Positions 37,811 through 49,084 are shown, numbered from the stretch's first letter. The stretch: 64,000 nucleotides of DNA from Bacteriovoracia bacterium (GCA_050251055.1 JBFWNL010000003.1:96001-160000), one strand, 5' to 3'. The notes: generated by a model not told the origin, from the sequence alone. A program made the numbers and translations.

Positions 37811-39499
37811 TTACGCGGTTTTATCCGCGCCGTCCTTAGCTTCTTCGCCTTCCGGCGCCTTCTTCTCCCCGCGTACCCAGTCGCGAAGGATCAACGCCGC
37901 TTTGTGCGGATTGGCGTCGACCAAGGTTACGATCTTCTCCTTGATCATCTCGCCTTCGATTTTTTCCGGGTCAATCTGCTCTGGCAACTCCGGGACGACT
38001 TCGTCTACCGGCAGATTTTGGGCTTTCTGCAACTTCTCAAGCTCCTCGATCGTCTGCGGCAAGAACGTGTCCACGCTGTCGGTGGTGTTCTCGGTGACCC
38101 ACTTGATGAACGGGCGAATGACGAACAGGAAGAACAAGATGATCAACAGGCCGATGACGGAGTAAACCATCATGTTCTGGAGATAGCTGCGACGCTCGCT
38201 GTCTTGGATCTGCTTTTCAGCCTCCGAGAAGTCCGCGCGGTTGAATTCCATGTTCTTGATCTGGATCGTGTCCCCTCGTTTGGGGTTTAAGCCCACGGCG
38301 CCCGCGATGATCTGCTCGAACTCCTTCAACTTATCTTCCGACCACGGTTCCACCTTCGCCTTCGCGTCGGGCTTCTCCGGATCTTTTACCTGTCGGCCAT
38401 CGACCACCACGGAAACCGAGAGCCGCGAGACCGTTCCGGACGGTTTCCGCGTCTGGCGGATGGTCTGCGGTACCTCGAAATTCGTCGTTTCGTGGACCTT
38501 CTGGGTATCCGTCTTGACTTGCGCGGCTTGCACGCCCGGCTGCTCGCCGGGGGTATTCGCGCGAACGCCGGCTACCCCGCCCGGCGCGGGACGGCTACCG
38601 GACATCGAATCGTTATTTTTATAGGCCGAACGCACCGCGGAACCGTCGGCGTCGAAAGTCGTCTGGGTCTCGCTCACCTGGGAAAAATCCAGCTCCGCGC
38701 TCACGCGGGCGACGACGTGCCCTTCGCCCACGACGGGAGACAGCATCTCCTCAACCCGCTTCTCCATGCTTTCTTCGAGCTTCCGGCGAAAATCAAGCTG
38801 GGTGGCGCTGGCTTGCACCAGCGGGTCACGCGTATTTTCGGAAAGAGTCCGCCCCGTCGAGTCAACGATCACGACCTTGCCGATATCTAGGCCTTCGACG
38901 GCGCTGGCGACAAGATTTCCGATGCCAAAAACTTGCTTCTCCGAAAGACGAACGCTGGGCTCGAGGTCGAGCACCACCGAAGCGGTCGGCTCCTTCTGAT
39001 CCTGAATGAACGTGCTTTCCTTAGGGATAGCGAGGTGCACGCGCGCACGTTTCACGCCTTTGATGGCGCCGATCGTCCGCATCAGCTCGCCTTCTTTCGC
39101 GCGCAGCATGTTGATGCGTTGGACGAGACTAGTGGTCCCTAGGGACTGGTGGTCGAACACCTCATAACCCACGACGCTCGATTGCGGCAATCCCAAGGTC
39201 GCCAGCTCCATGCGCAGGTCGAACACGCTCTCCGGCGGAATCTCGATATTGCGTCCACTCTGGTCCACCTTGAAGGGGATCTGCTTTTGGCGCAGGACGC
39301 GCATGACGTTGGCGGAGTCCTCCGGGTTGAGGTTGGTCATCAAGGGTCGGTAAGTCTGACTGCCCGCCCATTGGAACATCGCGAACACCCCGGCCAGCAC
39401 CGCCACGGACACCACGCCTAACGCAAGCTTGCGACCCGGGCTCAGCGCCGTGAAAAACTCGCCCAGCTGCCGAAAAACTTTCTTGAAATACTCGGTCAC
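37811..39499 (-). CDS. fliF: Flagellar MS-ring protein FliF
   Basis: VGYEVFD..SLG.T, RAKEGELMRTI, ARVHLAIP, PTASVVL, SAVEGL; two TM helices. Confidence 0.97.
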   Translation of the reverse strand: MTEYFKKVFRQLGEFFTALSPGRKLALGVVSVAVLAGVFAMFQWAGSQTYRPLMTNLNPEDSANVMRVLRQKQIPFKVDQSGRNIEIPPESVFDLRMELATLGLPQSSVVGYEVFDHQSLGTTSLVQRINMLRAKEGELMRTIGAIKGVKRARVHLAIPKESTFIQDQKEPTASVVLDLEPSVRLSEKQVFGIGNLVASAVEGLDIGKVVIVDSTGRTLSENTRDPLVQASATQLDFRRKLEESMEKRVEEMLSPVVGEGHVVARVSAELDFSQVSETQTTFDADGSAVRSAYKNNDSMSGSRPAPGGVAGVRANTPGEQPGVQAAQVKTDTQKVHETTNFEVPQTIRQTRKPSGTVSRLSVSVVVDGRQVKDPEKPDAKAKVEPWSEDKLKEFEQIIAGAVGLNPKRGDTIQIKNMEFNRADFSEAEKQIQDSERRSYLQNMMVYSVIGLLIILFFLFVIRPFIKWVTENTTDSVDTFLPQTIEELEKLQKAQNLPVDEVVPELPEQIDPEKIEGEMIKEKIVTLVDANPHKAALILRDWVRGEKKAPEGEEAKDGADKTA

Positions 39500-39531
39500 T
39501 TTACGCTCCTATTTCCTAAAATTACCCGCTA

Positions 39532-39948
39532 CTAAACCTGCATCCTCATGATTTCGCGGTAGGCGTCGAGCACCTTGTTCCGCACCTGCATCATGAGTTT
39601 CAACGACATTTCCGCCTTCTCCACGGCGAGCATCGTTTCATGCACATTCTTCGTTCGACCCGCGATAAGCTCCTTCATCGCGCTGTCCGCCTGCACCTGC
39701 GTCGAATTCACGTTTTCGAGCGTCCGCTGCAACATCTGCGCGAACCCGTCGGTCATGCCGCCTTTGGCGGCGGCCGGGTCGACGGCGCCGGGAGCGCCCA
39801 TCAATCCTTCGAGACCATCCGATACCTGCATGCCTTGGCGACGCATCTCCTCCATCACGCGGCGGTCGCTCATGGGCGAGGTGCCGCCCAAAGCGTCACC
39901 CTTCCAACCGCTCAGCTGATCGATGTTCTCCAACCGTAAATCGTTCAT
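39532..39948 (-). CDS. fliE: Hook-basal body protein FliE
   Basis: HETMLAVEKA...QVRNKVLDAYREIMRMQV. Confidence 0.97.
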   Translation of the reverse strand: MNDLRLENIDQLSGWKGDALGGTSPMSDRRVMEEMRRQGMQVSDGLEGLMGAPGAVDPAAAKGGMTDGFAQMLQRTLENVNSTQVQADSAMKELIAGRTKNVHETMLAVEKAEMSLKLMMQVRNKVLDAYREIMRMQV

Positions 39949-40391
39949 TATCTACCGATCTCCAACGCTTTTTGGGCCATGGCCTTGGCCGCGTTCAACG
40001 TGTTCACGTTGGCGTCGTAAGAACGCTGGGCGCTGATCATATTCGCCATTTCCTCGACCGTGTTGACGTTCGGCATGGCGACATACCCTTCCTCGTTGGC
40101 GTCCGGGTGCGAGGGGTTGTAGACCATCCGCGGAGGACGCGTATCCTCGGCGATTTCGGTCACCTGCACGCCCTGGACGTTTTCATCCATGGCCGACTGA
40201 AGAATCTCGCCGAAGCTCTCCCGATCGACCTGCGCCTCCAAGACCGGATCGCGCCGTTTGTAGGGGGCGATATTCCCGTCGGCGTCGCGGGTGGTTTCCG
40301 CGTTGGCCACGTTGCTCGAAATCGTATTTAGCCGCTTGGTTTGGGCTTCCAAACCGGAAGCGCTCACGCGCATGGACGAGAAGAAATCCAT
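39948..40391 (-). CDS. flgC: Rod protein FlgC
   Basis: NVANAETT, YNPSHPDA...GYVAMPNVN..EEMANMISAQRSY.AN. Confidence 0.98.
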   Translation of the reverse strand: MDFFSSMRVSASGLEAQTKRLNTISSNVANAETTRDADGNIAPYKRRDPVLEAQVDRESFGEILQSAMDENVQGVQVTEIAEDTRPPRMVYNPSHPDANEEGYVAMPNVNTVEEMANMISAQRSYDANVNTLNAAKAMAQKALEIGR

Positions 40392-40807
40392 TAGTTGCTA
40401 CCTCCGCCTTCCGAGATCCCGTACTTCAGCATTCCGAGCTTCTTTTTGAGTAGCTCCACGGACGCGTTGTACATGATTTGGTTTTCCGTGGATTTGGCCA
40501 TCTCGGCGGAGCGATCGACGGTGTTCCCGTCGAGCGATTCCACCCCGTTGGGGTCCTCCACGATTTCAGGATGAATGGGGTCGAGTTCCTTCGGAACCTG
40601 GTGTCCCGCGTGCGTCTGCTCGGGCCGAATCCCTTCGCCGACGTCAAGCGCTTCCCGTAACGCGGTCTCGAACTCCAGCTTCTTCGCCTTGTAATTCGGC
40701 GTGTCCGCGTTTGCGATGTTCGAGTTGATCACGTTCTGATTCACCATCCGCGCGTTCAAAGACGTATTCAGCGCGCCGATGGTGGAATCGAAAAGCTTAT
40801 TGGACAT
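40391..40807 (-). CDS. flgB: Rod protein FlgB
   Basis: SNIANADTPNYKA, DGNTVD..EM....NQIMY. Confidence 0.97.
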   Translation of the reverse strand: MSNKLFDSTIGALNTSLNARMVNQNVINSNIANADTPNYKAKKLEFETALREALDVGEGIRPEQTHAGHQVPKELDPIHPEIVEDPNGVESLDGNTVDRSAEMAKSTENQIMYNASVELLKKKLGMLKYGISEGGGSN

Positions 40808-40828
40808 AGTCCCCCTTCAACCCAATAT

Positions 40829-40843
40829 TCAAGTTACATGCCG
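40829..40843 (-). promoter_or_regulatory. Putative sigma54 promoter for flgB (-12 GA variant)
   Basis: CGGCATGTAACTTGA has GG-N10-GA spacing; it would give a very short leader. Confidence 0.45.
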
Positions 40844-40948
40844 CGTTCGCCGATACTCAGCGCGGCATTACGCGGTAACGAAAATACTTTTCCCCCTAGA
40901 ACTAGGCGTTTTTTTCCGCCACGTTCACGTCCGGGTAAAACCTGCCGA

Positions 40949-41914
40949 CTAGACCTGAATGCCGATCTTGCGGTAATCCGAAAGCTTATTACGCAAGGTA
41001 CGAATCGAGATACCCAACGCCCGCGCCGTGTGCGTGCGGTTTCCGTTGTGGTACTGCAACGCCTCGAGAATCACGGAGCGCTCGATGTCGTTCAGCGTCT
41101 GACCTGGATTCCAGCTATAGCTTTCCGATCCCTCTTCGCCGGCCGCCAAGCCCGCGGCATCTTCGCGGTACTCGATCATGATGTCGCCATGGCCGATGGA
41201 CGCGTCTTTGGCCGTGATGATCGAACGCTCGATCACGTTTGCGAGCTCACGAATATTACCCGGCCAGGCGTAAGCTTCGAGCTTAGCGAGGGCTTCCGGG
41301 GAGAACGGTAGCGCGGGCCGACCATTTTTCTGCGAATACTGACCCACGAAGTACTCCGCGAGGTTCTTCACGTCGCCAATGCGGTCACGCAGCGGAGGCA
41401 AGGTGAGGTTTACCACGTTCAGGCGGTAATACAGGTCTTCGCGGAAAGTGCCTTCGGTAACGCAGCTAGCAAGATTCTTGTTCGTCGTCGCGATGATGCG
41501 GACGTCCACGGCGATGGGTTTACGGCCGCCGATCCGATCCACTTCGCCTTCTTGGATCACGCGCAATAGTTTCGCTTGGAGACGGATGTCCATCTCGGAA
41601 ATTTCATCGAGCAGCAACGTGCCGCCGTTGGCGATTTCGAACTTACCCGCTTTGGCGTTCACGGCACCCGTGAAGGCCCCCCGCTCATGGCCAAACAGTT
41701 CCGACTCGAGCAGATTTTCCGGTATCGCGGCGCAGTTGATCGCCACGAAGGGACGGTTGGCACGCGAGCTGTTCTGATGGATCAGGTTCGCCATCACTTC
41801 CTTGCCCGTGCCGCTTTCGCCCTGGATCAGCACGGTGGCCTTGCTCTGGGCGACCGTCTTCGCCAATTGAATCATCTCGCTCATCTTACGGTCCGCAGTG
41901 ATCAGATCGTTCAT
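40949..41914 (-). CDS. Sigma54-dependent activator (AAA+ and HTH) without N-terminal regulatory domain
   Basis: [38 protein letters not shown], Fis-type HTH; ATG 41914 behind AGGGAGG lies only about 30 residues before Walker A. Confidence 0.93.
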   Translation of the reverse strand: MNDLITADRKMSEMIQLAKTVAQSKATVLIQGESGTGKEVMANLIHQNSSRANRPFVAINCAAIPENLLESELFGHERGAFTGAVNAKAGKFEIANGGTLLLDEISEMDIRLQAKLLRVIQEGEVDRIGGRKPIAVDVRIIATTNKNLASCVTEGTFREDLYYRLNVVNLTLPPLRDRIGDVKNLAEYFVGQYSQKNGRPALPFSPEALAKLEAYAWPGNIRELANVIERSIITAKDASIGHGDIMIEYREDAAGLAAGEEGSESYSWNPGQTLNDIERSVILEALQYHNGNRTHTARALGISIRTLRNKLSDYRKIGIQV

Positions 41915-41945
41915 CTTTACCCTCCCTGGTAAAATCGGTAACAAA

Positions 41946-44807
41946 TTAGTTTTCCGTTCTCTCTAACGCTTCCTGCGCTAATTTCTTCCAAGCGACGTCG
42001 CCGTCTTTGGTGCCTAGAATTTCCTTTAATGTCTGTACGGCCTTTTCCCGGTCATTCTCCTTGCCGGTTTTTCCCAGCACGCGGGCATAGCCGTAAAGCA
42101 GCTGGTCGTTACGCGCGCCCTGGGCAATCGCGTTCGCGAAAGCGCCGGCGGAGTCGGCGTAGTTCGCCGTGCGCTCCAACAACTCCGCTTCCTTGATAAA
42201 AAGTTCGGCCAAGCTCGGCAGACGGGGCACGCCCATGCCGACCAAGCCACGATTCGAATCCGGCGCGGCGGCCGCGAGCTTACGCTCGGCATCTTTAGAA
42301 GAAATCGCCGGACCTTCCGGGTAGCCGGCGCGAATTTCCTGAATCGACTTGATGGCGCCGGGCAGATTCCCCGCCTTTTCCTGCAACGTCGCCACCCAGT
42401 AATCCAGCTGGCGATCGATCGTGGCTGAGCGCTTCGCGAAAAGCAGCTTAGCGCGCGCTACTCGGGTCATCGCCCGCTCCGGCTGGCCCTTGCGCTCGTC
42501 CATTAAGGCGTTCAAAACCTCTTTTTCCTGTGAATAAGGCGAGTCTTCGGAAACGCGGCCCAGGTAAGTACGAAGCTTCTCTTCCCACTTCAAGCCCCCG
42601 TCCAACCAAAGCGCCTTAGCGTGGGTGAAAGCTTCTTCAGAACGGCGAAAGCGCTCGGTGACGTCGTCGTCCGCGGGATCCAAACCCGCGCCGCCAGCCG
42701 AGGTAGCGAGCTGGCGCCCATCCTTGGCGCTCCCGGTTTCGCCCTTCGCCTCGGTTGACGTACCCAGTCGCTTTTCGTAGGTGGAAACGATCTTCAAGGA
42801 AAGCGAGCCCAGCCCCAGATCGGAAGCCGCCTGCGCCAGCTTCAGCAAATAGTCCGACGTGATGGGGTCCTTATCACCCGGGACGATCGCGGCATACTTG
42901 TCGTAGAACGAAAGCGCCGCGAGCTGGTTTCCCGCGTCCAGGCGCTTCAAGATCTCTTTGCGGAATACGAAGCGGGAGAAATCGCTTAAGATCTCCCGCG
43001 CCGTCTGCCCAACGCGTCCCCGGAAGATCTCGGCGATCGTCTCGACGGCTTCGCCCTCGTAACCCATCATGACCAGCGTCCGCACGCGCGAGAGCGCGAG
43101 CAGATCAGGGTAGTCATTCATCCACACCTGACTGGCGGCCAACGTCGAAGCAGCGAAGGCTTTAGCGTCACCCTCAAAATACTTTTTAGCGCCCTCATAA
43201 GTGAACCCTCCGTGATCGCCGCAGGGAAGCAAGCGCAGCCGAGCGAGGGTCGCGCCCGGACTGATCGGGTGGTTATTCACGGTTTGATAGAGCCATTTAC
43301 GAGCCTCGGCCTTGGCGCCGACTTCCGAATGCCGGTCATAGATCTCCGCCAACCGGTAAGAAGCCATCCAGCCCGCGCGATGCGAAGGGAAGCGGGTCAA
43401 GAACGCTTTGAACTCCTCCTCCGCACGATCAAACTGCCCCAGCCAGTAAATCGCCTCCGCGCGATTCAGGTACACCTCCGGCAAGGTCGCGGCTTCTTTC
43501 TCGAAGTGCTTGAGGCCCGTGAAGTAGGCGGCGAGCGCCTGGGCGTATTGCTGGCGCTCAAGATAGAGGTCCCCGATGCTCAGGCCCGCGCGGGCACGCA
43601 CGACGGGGTCCTGCGCATTTTCGGCCACCCACTGATACTCCTCCGCGGCCCGAGCGGTCTGCTTCAGCATGAACAGGCACTCGGCCGAGGCCAACCGAAA
43701 GAGCCAGTTGAGCCGGTGGCTAGGATAGTTACGCGATAGACTAATGAAGTTCTCAAGGGCAGCCAGGTACTCGGCGTTTTGATAACGTTTGGCCGCCACG
43801 AATAACCCAGCATGCAGCCCTACCGGAGAACCCTTCGCAGTGACCGAAAGATCATGGAAGATGCGGTTCGCGTCGTCCTGCAGCCCCAGCTTCACGAGCG
43901 CGTTGCCCCGCAAGAAATGCATTTCATTACGATAGGACGACTTGGGGTATTCCGTGTCGAGGAACTCGATCGTCCGGATGGCTAGCGCGGGCTTGCCCTG
44001 GCGGTAAAGGGACAACGCCAGGCGCACGTATTGGGCGTCTTTTTCGTCGCCCTTTGGCTCGAGGTACGGATAATCGCTATCGGGGGTCGTTAGCGAGAAC
44101 CACTTCCCGAAATCGATCGGCACATGAACCGCCCGGAAGCGCACGAAGATGTCGTTCTGGGTGTTGACGGGTTCTTGACAGTATTTTTGGGTGTCCGCCG
44201 CATCGAGCTCCTTCTTCAAGGTGGCGATGCGCCGCTGCACCTGGCGCTTGGCTTTTTCTTCGGATTTCTTTCGAAGCGTGTATTTTTTGGCGCGCTCTCG
44301 TTCGGCCACCACTTGGGCATGCGTGGGACCCGGCTTCACCCAAAAATCGACCACGAATCGAGACGGGGTCTTTTCCCGGAACTCGAAAGTTTCCATCTGG
44401 GGCTGAAACGGAGCTTCCGGCCCGGTGGGAAACTTCCACGCGCCGGTCACCACCACTCCCGCCTCGGTTTCCGCTACTTTCAGATCGCCCAGGCGGGCGT
44501 CCCTTAAGTCGCTCAATCCCGTCAACCAACGCGCTTCCCCACCAAAGGGAGCCCCCAGATCCACGAGCCCCAGCTCCTTGAAGACCAGTTCGAACCCCTG
44601 GGCGGTGCTTCTCCACTCCGCCTTCACGCCGGAATCAACCCGGAAGACCAGTCGGGAGTGAGTATTGAAAGTTTGGATGGAGATGGCGCGATCGGTCCAG
44701 GCTGGGGCCCCGTGCGCGAACGCCGGCGCCAACGCCATGACAAAGATCAGAAGGTAACGTACCCAGTTGAAGAGCATCCTGCTCATGTTCCTCAGTTTTC
44801 GCCCCAC
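41946..44807 (-). CDS. Large secreted TPR protein, first gene of the flagellar transcription unit (exact start uncertain)
   Basis: Signal peptide (AFAHG); beta-rich N-terminal domain (HSRLVF...SRFVVDFW); many TPR motifs (A...F..F...YP.S). Confidence 0.85.
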   Translation of the reverse strand: MGRKLRNMSRMLFNWVRYLLIFVMALAPAFAHGAPAWTDRAISIQTFNTHSRLVFRVDSGVKAEWRSTAQGFELVFKELGLVDLGAPFGGEARWLTGLSDLRDARLGDLKVAETEAGVVVTGAWKFPTGPEAPFQPQMETFEFREKTPSRFVVDFWVKPGPTHAQVVAERERAKKYTLRKKSEEKAKRQVQRRIATLKKELDAADTQKYCQEPVNTQNDIFVRFRAVHVPIDFGKWFSLTTPDSDYPYLEPKGDEKDAQYVRLALSLYRQGKPALAIRTIEFLDTEYPKSSYRNEMHFLRGNALVKLGLQDDANRIFHDLSVTAKGSPVGLHAGLFVAAKRYQNAEYLAALENFISLSRNYPSHRLNWLFRLASAECLFMLKQTARAAEEYQWVAENAQDPVVRARAGLSIGDLYLERQQYAQALAAYFTGLKHFEKEAATLPEVYLNRAEAIYWLGQFDRAEEEFKAFLTRFPSHRAGWMASYRLAEIYDRHSEVGAKAEARKWLYQTVNNHPISPGATLARLRLLPCGDHGGFTYEGAKKYFEGDAKAFAASTLAASQVWMNDYPDLLALSRVRTLVMMGYEGEAVETIAEIFRGRVGQTAREILSDFSRFVFRKEILKRLDAGNQLAALSFYDKYAAIVPGDKDPITSDYLLKLAQAASDLGLGSLSLKIVSTYEKRLGTSTEAKGETGSAKDGRQLATSAGGAGLDPADDDVTERFRRSEEAFTHAKALWLDGGLKWEEKLRTYLGRVSEDSPYSQEKEVLNALMDERKGQPERAMTRVARAKLLFAKRSATIDRQLDYWVATLQEKAGNLPGAIKSIQEIRAGYPEGPAISSKDAERKLAAAAPDSNRGLVGMGVPRLPSLAELFIKEAELLERTANYADSAGAFANAIAQGARNDQLLYGYARVLGKTGKENDREKAVQTLKEILGTKDGDVAWKKLAQEALERTEN

Positions 44808-44858
44808 GCACCCGCCATCCTGACGAGCCCGTAAGCTATTGCCACGGAAATAAACAAA

Positions 44859-44873
44859 GCAAACCCAGTGCCA
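44859..44873 (-). promoter_or_regulatory. Sigma54 promoter upstream of the TPR gene
   Basis: TGGCAC-TGGGT-TTGC(T) is an exact -24/-12 consensus. Confidence 0.8.
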
Positions 44874-45074
44874 ACTTTTTTCCTAGCGACGACTTTGCCC
44901 AATCCGTTGTTACCGCTAGGCATTTTCAAATCGGCAAAACCTTCAGGCCACGCGCGGACTCGCGGTTTTTTGACCCTCCGTCAGAAAGGGCCACAATTCC
45001 GGCGAGGAATTTGACGACCTTGCGGTGCACATGACCGTTGATTCCACCGGCGAATTACCATAGATATAATAGAT

Positions 45075-45629
45075 ATGCCCCACCGCTTCCCTCGCTTCGC
45101 CGTCGCGGCCGCCGCGATCGCCCTGGGCGCGCTCTCCTCCGGATGCAGCGTGCTCATTGGCAATGTGAAGCCCGTCGCCGAACATGCGGACGGCTACACG
45201 GTGGCGGAACTCCCAAAGCAAGATGCGAACTGGGCGCCGATCGAACAAGATCCCGGCGCGCCTTCCGATCCCCAGGTGTCCGACTACGCCTACCAATCCA
45301 AGCGGACCGCCTCGATCATCTCGCTCACCACGAACTGTCGTAAGCGAAACGTGGATGAGCCCAAGAACCTCCAGGAGCTGACAAACCTTCTATACATGGG
45401 CGTGGCGAACATCACCGATCGCAACGAGAAGAATTTGACGATCCGGGGCACGCCCGCGCTCGAAACCACCCTGCGCGGAAACCTGAACAACCAGGACATG
45501 ATGTTCCGGACCGTGGTCATGCGTCGGGACACCTGCATCTTCGATTTCATGTACATCGCTCGACCGAAGCACTTTCCCGAAGAGGAAAAAACGTTCGGTG
45601 AATTTATTGCCTCCCTGAATTTCAAATAG
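45075..45629 (+). CDS. Lipoprotein, possibly PsbP/Mog1-like fold
   Basis: Lipobox-like SSGC; C-terminal G.PALET....RTVV...CIFDFMY.A....F....F..FIASL pattern. Confidence 0.7.
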   Translation: MPHRFPRFAVAAAAIALGALSSGCSVLIGNVKPVAEHADGYTVAELPKQDANWAPIEQDPGAPSDPQVSDYAYQSKRTASIISLTTNCRKRNVDEPKNLQELTNLLYMGVANITDRNEKNLTIRGTPALETTLRGNLNNQDMMFRTVVMRRDTCIFDFMYIARPKHFPEEEKTFGEFIASLNFK

Positions 45630-45661
45630 TCCCCGCAACTGTTTAGCTTTAGACTGACTTC

Positions 45662-46507
45662 ATGGCGTCTTCGACCATCGCTTCCATCGACGCGGGCAAT
45701 CCCGTCGTTCGCGCGTTCAAGAAATTTTCACGCCGATTGGGCGAACGCATGATTTCATCCGTACGCTTCGCGGGCGGCTTCGGATTGTTGAGCCTGCAGA
45801 TCTTTCGGGAGATGTTCCGTCCCCCGTATTACCCAAAACTGCTGATCGATCAGGTCTTCCACCTCGGCATAAAATCTTTCCTGCTCACCACGGTGGTGGG
45901 CTTGGCCACCGGTTCCGTCATGGCCCTGCAGTTCGGCTACGGCCTCGAGAAGTTCGGCGGTAAAATGTATGTGCCCAAGATTGTCGCGCTCGCGATTTTG
46001 CGCGAAATGGGCCCCGTTTTCACTAGCCTTTTGCTCGCCGGCCGCATCGGCTCGGGCATTGCCTCCGAAGTCGCCTCGATGAACGTGACCCAGCAAATCG
46101 ACGCCATCCGCGCGCTGGGAACCAGTCCCATCAAAAAGATTGTCATCCCGCGCCTCATGGCCAGCATGATCGCGTTGCCGATCCTTACCCTCTTCTCCGA
46201 TTACATCGGGATTTTCGGTGCCATGCTCGTGTCGCTGCACGAACTGAACATCAACACCGAATACTTCATCGCCACCGCCGTCGATTCCCTCCGCATGACC
46301 GATCTGCTGACGGGCATGGCCAAAACCGTCGTGTTTGCCTACTTTATATCCGTCGCCGCATGCTGGAAGGGCCTGAACACCGAGCGGGGCACGCAGGGCG
46401 TGGGCAACACCACGACCTGGGTGGTCGTCGCCTCGAGCATCTTCATCATGGTCAGCGACTTTTTTCTAACGAAGTTGTTTATCCTGACGGTTTACGACAA
46501 AGGTTAA
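45662..46507 (+). CDS. mlaE: MCE-system ABC permease MlaE
   Basis: REMGPVFT..LLAGRIGSGIASEVASM.VTQQIDA...LG..P...VIPR; GTQGVG.TTT. Confidence 0.93.
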   Translation: MASSTIASIDAGNPVVRAFKKFSRRLGERMISSVRFAGGFGLLSLQIFREMFRPPYYPKLLIDQVFHLGIKSFLLTTVVGLATGSVMALQFGYGLEKFGGKMYVPKIVALAILREMGPVFTSLLLAGRIGSGIASEVASMNVTQQIDAIRALGTSPIKKIVIPRLMASMIALPILTLFSDYIGIFGAMLVSLHELNINTEYFIATAVDSLRMTDLLTGMAKTVVFAYFISVAACWKGLNTERGTQGVGNTTTWVVVASSIFIMVSDFFLTKLFILTVYDKG

Positions 46508-46512
46508 GCCAA

Positions 46513-47295
46513 ATGGCCTCGCGGGAGAAATCCAACTCAAACGACGTGGTGCTGGATGTGCGAGGCCTCCATAAGGCGTACGGAACCAAGCGTGTCCACC
46601 GCGGGGTTTCGTTTCAGCTTTATCGGCACGAGATCCTGGGATTGTTCGGCGGATCCGGCAGTGGCAAGAGCGTGATCTTACGCTCGATCATCGGGCTGGA
46701 AAAACCCGACGAGGGGCAGATCATTTTCGACGGTCAGGACATCACCCAGCTAACCGAGGAGGAACTATTTAAGGTACGCACCCATATCGGCTATGTGTTC
46801 CAAAATGGCGCGCTATTCGATTCGCTGAGCGTGGAGGAAAACCTCACTTATCCGCTCGAAGCCCACACGCAGCTCACGCCCACGGAAATCCACGCCAAGG
46901 TGAACAAGATGCTCGAAACGGTGGACATGAAAGGTAGCAATGACCTGCTGCCGTCGGAGCTGTCGGGGGGCATGCAAAAACGCGCGGGACTGGCGCGGGC
47001 GATCATCCTGGAACCCGAGATCATCCTTTTCGACGAGCCGACCGCGGGCCTGGACCCTACTAACACGCGACGCCTCACGGAAAACGTCAAGCGACTGAAA
47101 GCGAACGGCATCACGGGAATCTTCGTCACCCACGATATCCCAAGCGCGTTCGAAATCGCCGACCGTATCGCCATCCTGAATGAGGGCCGCATCGCCGTCT
47201 GTGACACGGTCGAGAATATCAAGAAGTCCAAAGACCCGCTTGTGCAATCATTTATCGCCGAGGCGCTGGGACTACACGGAGAGCACGCAAGATGA
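46513..47295 (+). CDS. mlaF: MCE-system ABC ATPase MlaF
   Basis: GGSGSGKS, FQNGALFDSL, ELSGGMQKR, FDEPTAGLDP, VTHD; start placed at ATG 46513. Confidence 0.93.
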   Translation: MASREKSNSNDVVLDVRGLHKAYGTKRVHRGVSFQLYRHEILGLFGGSGSGKSVILRSIIGLEKPDEGQIIFDGQDITQLTEEELFKVRTHIGYVFQNGALFDSLSVEENLTYPLEAHTQLTPTEIHAKVNKMLETVDMKGSNDLLPSELSGGMQKRAGLARAIILEPEIILFDEPTAGLDPTNTRRLTENVKRLKANGITGIFVTHDIPSAFEIADRIAILNEGRIAVCDTVENIKKSKDPLVQSFIAEALGLHGEHAR

Positions 47296-48089
47296 AAAAA
47301 GGCATGGAAATCGAAATGAAGGTAGGGCTGTTCATCAGCGTGGGGGTGCTGCTGATCATGTTCGCGGTTATCCTGCTGGGCGGGGTCGAAACCTTCCTCA
47401 CCCGCCACTCTCTCTATACCGTGCATTACTCCGACTCGGAGGGCGTGATCAAGGGAGCCAAAGTCGCCCTGAACGGAATTCGCGTGGGCATCGTGGAGAA
47501 CGTGCGCTTCGACGAGCAGACGAACGACATTGCCATCGATCTTTCTATTAACCACTCTCTCACTCACCTAATCCGCCAGAACGCGGTCGCCGAAATCGCG
47601 ACCCAGGGCGTGCTGGGGGACAAATACATCTACATCAAGGCCACCCAAGACGGCTCCCCCGCCCTTCCTCCGGGTTCCACCATCACCTCCGGGACCGGCA
47701 AGAATCTCACCCAGTTCCTGAGCAGCGGCGAAGAGCTCATGGTGTCGCTTAAGTCCATCGCCCGTAACCTCGACGAGATCCTAAAAGGCTTCCGCGTGAA
47801 CAACCGCTCCGACATCTTCTTCGACAGCCTCACCAAGACCTCCAAGAACATGGCCGAGCTCACGCACAAGCTCAACCAGGAGATGGACCACATCAAGATT
47901 AAGAGCGCGATCGGCAACCTCGACTCGATCATGGCTAAGATCAATAACGGGACCGGCACCCTTGGGGCGCTGGTCAACGACTCCAGCCTCTACGAAGACG
48001 TGCGCTCGCTCTTCGGCGGGGTTAGCCGCAACCGGATCATGCGCAACCTCGTACGCAAGACCGTGAAGGACAACGAAAACAAAGAATAG
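47292..48089 (+). CDS. mlaD: MCE-domain protein MlaD with helical tail
   Basis: KVGLF + TM; G...GAKV.LNGIRVG.V; I.TQGVLGDKYI; GTGTLGALVND.SLY. Confidence 0.9.
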   Translation: MKKGMEIEMKVGLFISVGVLLIMFAVILLGGVETFLTRHSLYTVHYSDSEGVIKGAKVALNGIRVGIVENVRFDEQTNDIAIDLSINHSLTHLIRQNAVAEIATQGVLGDKYIYIKATQDGSPALPPGSTITSGTGKNLTQFLSSGEELMVSLKSIARNLDEILKGFRVNNRSDIFFDSLTKTSKNMAELTHKLNQEMDHIKIKSAIGNLDSIMAKINNGTGTLGALVNDSSLYEDVRSLFGGVSRNRIMRNLVRKTVKDNENKE

Positions 48090-48200
48090 ACGACGCCCGA
48101 GGGTTTCGGGTAAACCCTAAGGCGCACTGCGGCATATCCGCATGCGCCGCATCTAAAAAAAACACTCGGATCGCTTTTGCTTTGATGCTACCCCCGGGGC

Positions 48201-49055
48201 ATGAATTCCAATCCGTTACGCTGGCTTACCCTCATCGCGGCTCTATTCGTGGCCTGCGGCCCCCTCCCCCAGTCGAATCGGGCTTTTCAGGTGACAAATG
48301 GCTTCCGCGACTTCGAAGGATATTGGGTGGCTGAATATCCACTCGACCAGGAAGGCATCGCTATGGTCTTCCGTATCGATGCCGCCGGCAAATACGAAGT
48401 CTTGCAAAGCGATCCCGTCCGAAAGCTTAGCTTTCAGCCCGTACGGCTAGCCGTGGACCCCGATCAGACGGGCGCCCTCCTCACGGAAACGCTAGCTCAA
48501 GGGAAGACCGCATCGCTCCGGCCAACCCGCCTGCTCACTAGCGAACGCCTGCTGATTGAATCGACCGCTAAAAGCCTTTCCGGTTTCGACTTCACCGCTC
48601 GCCGGGTATCCCCCGAAGCAGCGGAGGCCCGAATCCAGCGGATACAGGTCCGCCTCGATCATCCGGACGCGGTGATCGATAAGCTCAAGCGCCGCGCGCG
48701 CGGGCGCTGGCGGCTTACCTCCTATACGATTTACCGCAACGAGACGATCATTGAGCAACACAGCGCACGTACTGCGATCGAGCCCGCCGCTTGGATGCGT
48801 GAACTCGACATCTCTTCTGATCGCGTCGTCTACAACGGTGGCACGCATTCCAGCCCGATTTACTATAACCCCCTCTCGCTCTCGTTCAACCTCATCCCCA
48901 AGCCGGCGGGGGAAACCGGCGACTGGAAGACCTTTTATTTCAGCGAAGAGGCCGCTTGGCCTCTCTGCGTCTATACGCGGGAATGGAAAAGGGGCAACGA
49001 GGCGGGCGAGCGGGTCGGCACCCGCCGTGAACTTTGCTATACCCGAAAAAAATAA
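48201..49055 (+). CDS. Hypothetical lipoprotein
   Basis: Lipobox FVAC; two lipocalin-like motifs (FEGYW, RGRWRL). Confidence 0.6.
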   Translation: MNSNPLRWLTLIAALFVACGPLPQSNRAFQVTNGFRDFEGYWVAEYPLDQEGIAMVFRIDAAGKYEVLQSDPVRKLSFQPVRLAVDPDQTGALLTETLAQGKTASLRPTRLLTSERLLIESTAKSLSGFDFTARRVSPEAAEARIQRIQVRLDHPDAVIDKLKRRARGRWRLTSYTIYRNETIIEQHSARTAIEPAAWMRELDISSDRVVYNGGTHSSPIYYNPLSLSFNLIPKPAGETGDWKTFYFSEEAAWPLCVYTREWKRGNEAGERVGTRRELCYTRKK

Positions 49056-49084
49056 GGCCGGTACCCTTGCGGACACCGGCCTTA
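49053..49084 (-). terminator. Intrinsic terminator between convergent genes
   Basis: 10-bp stem taaggccggt / accggcctta; A-tract at 49046..49052 gives a U-tail on the minus strand. Confidence 0.6.
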
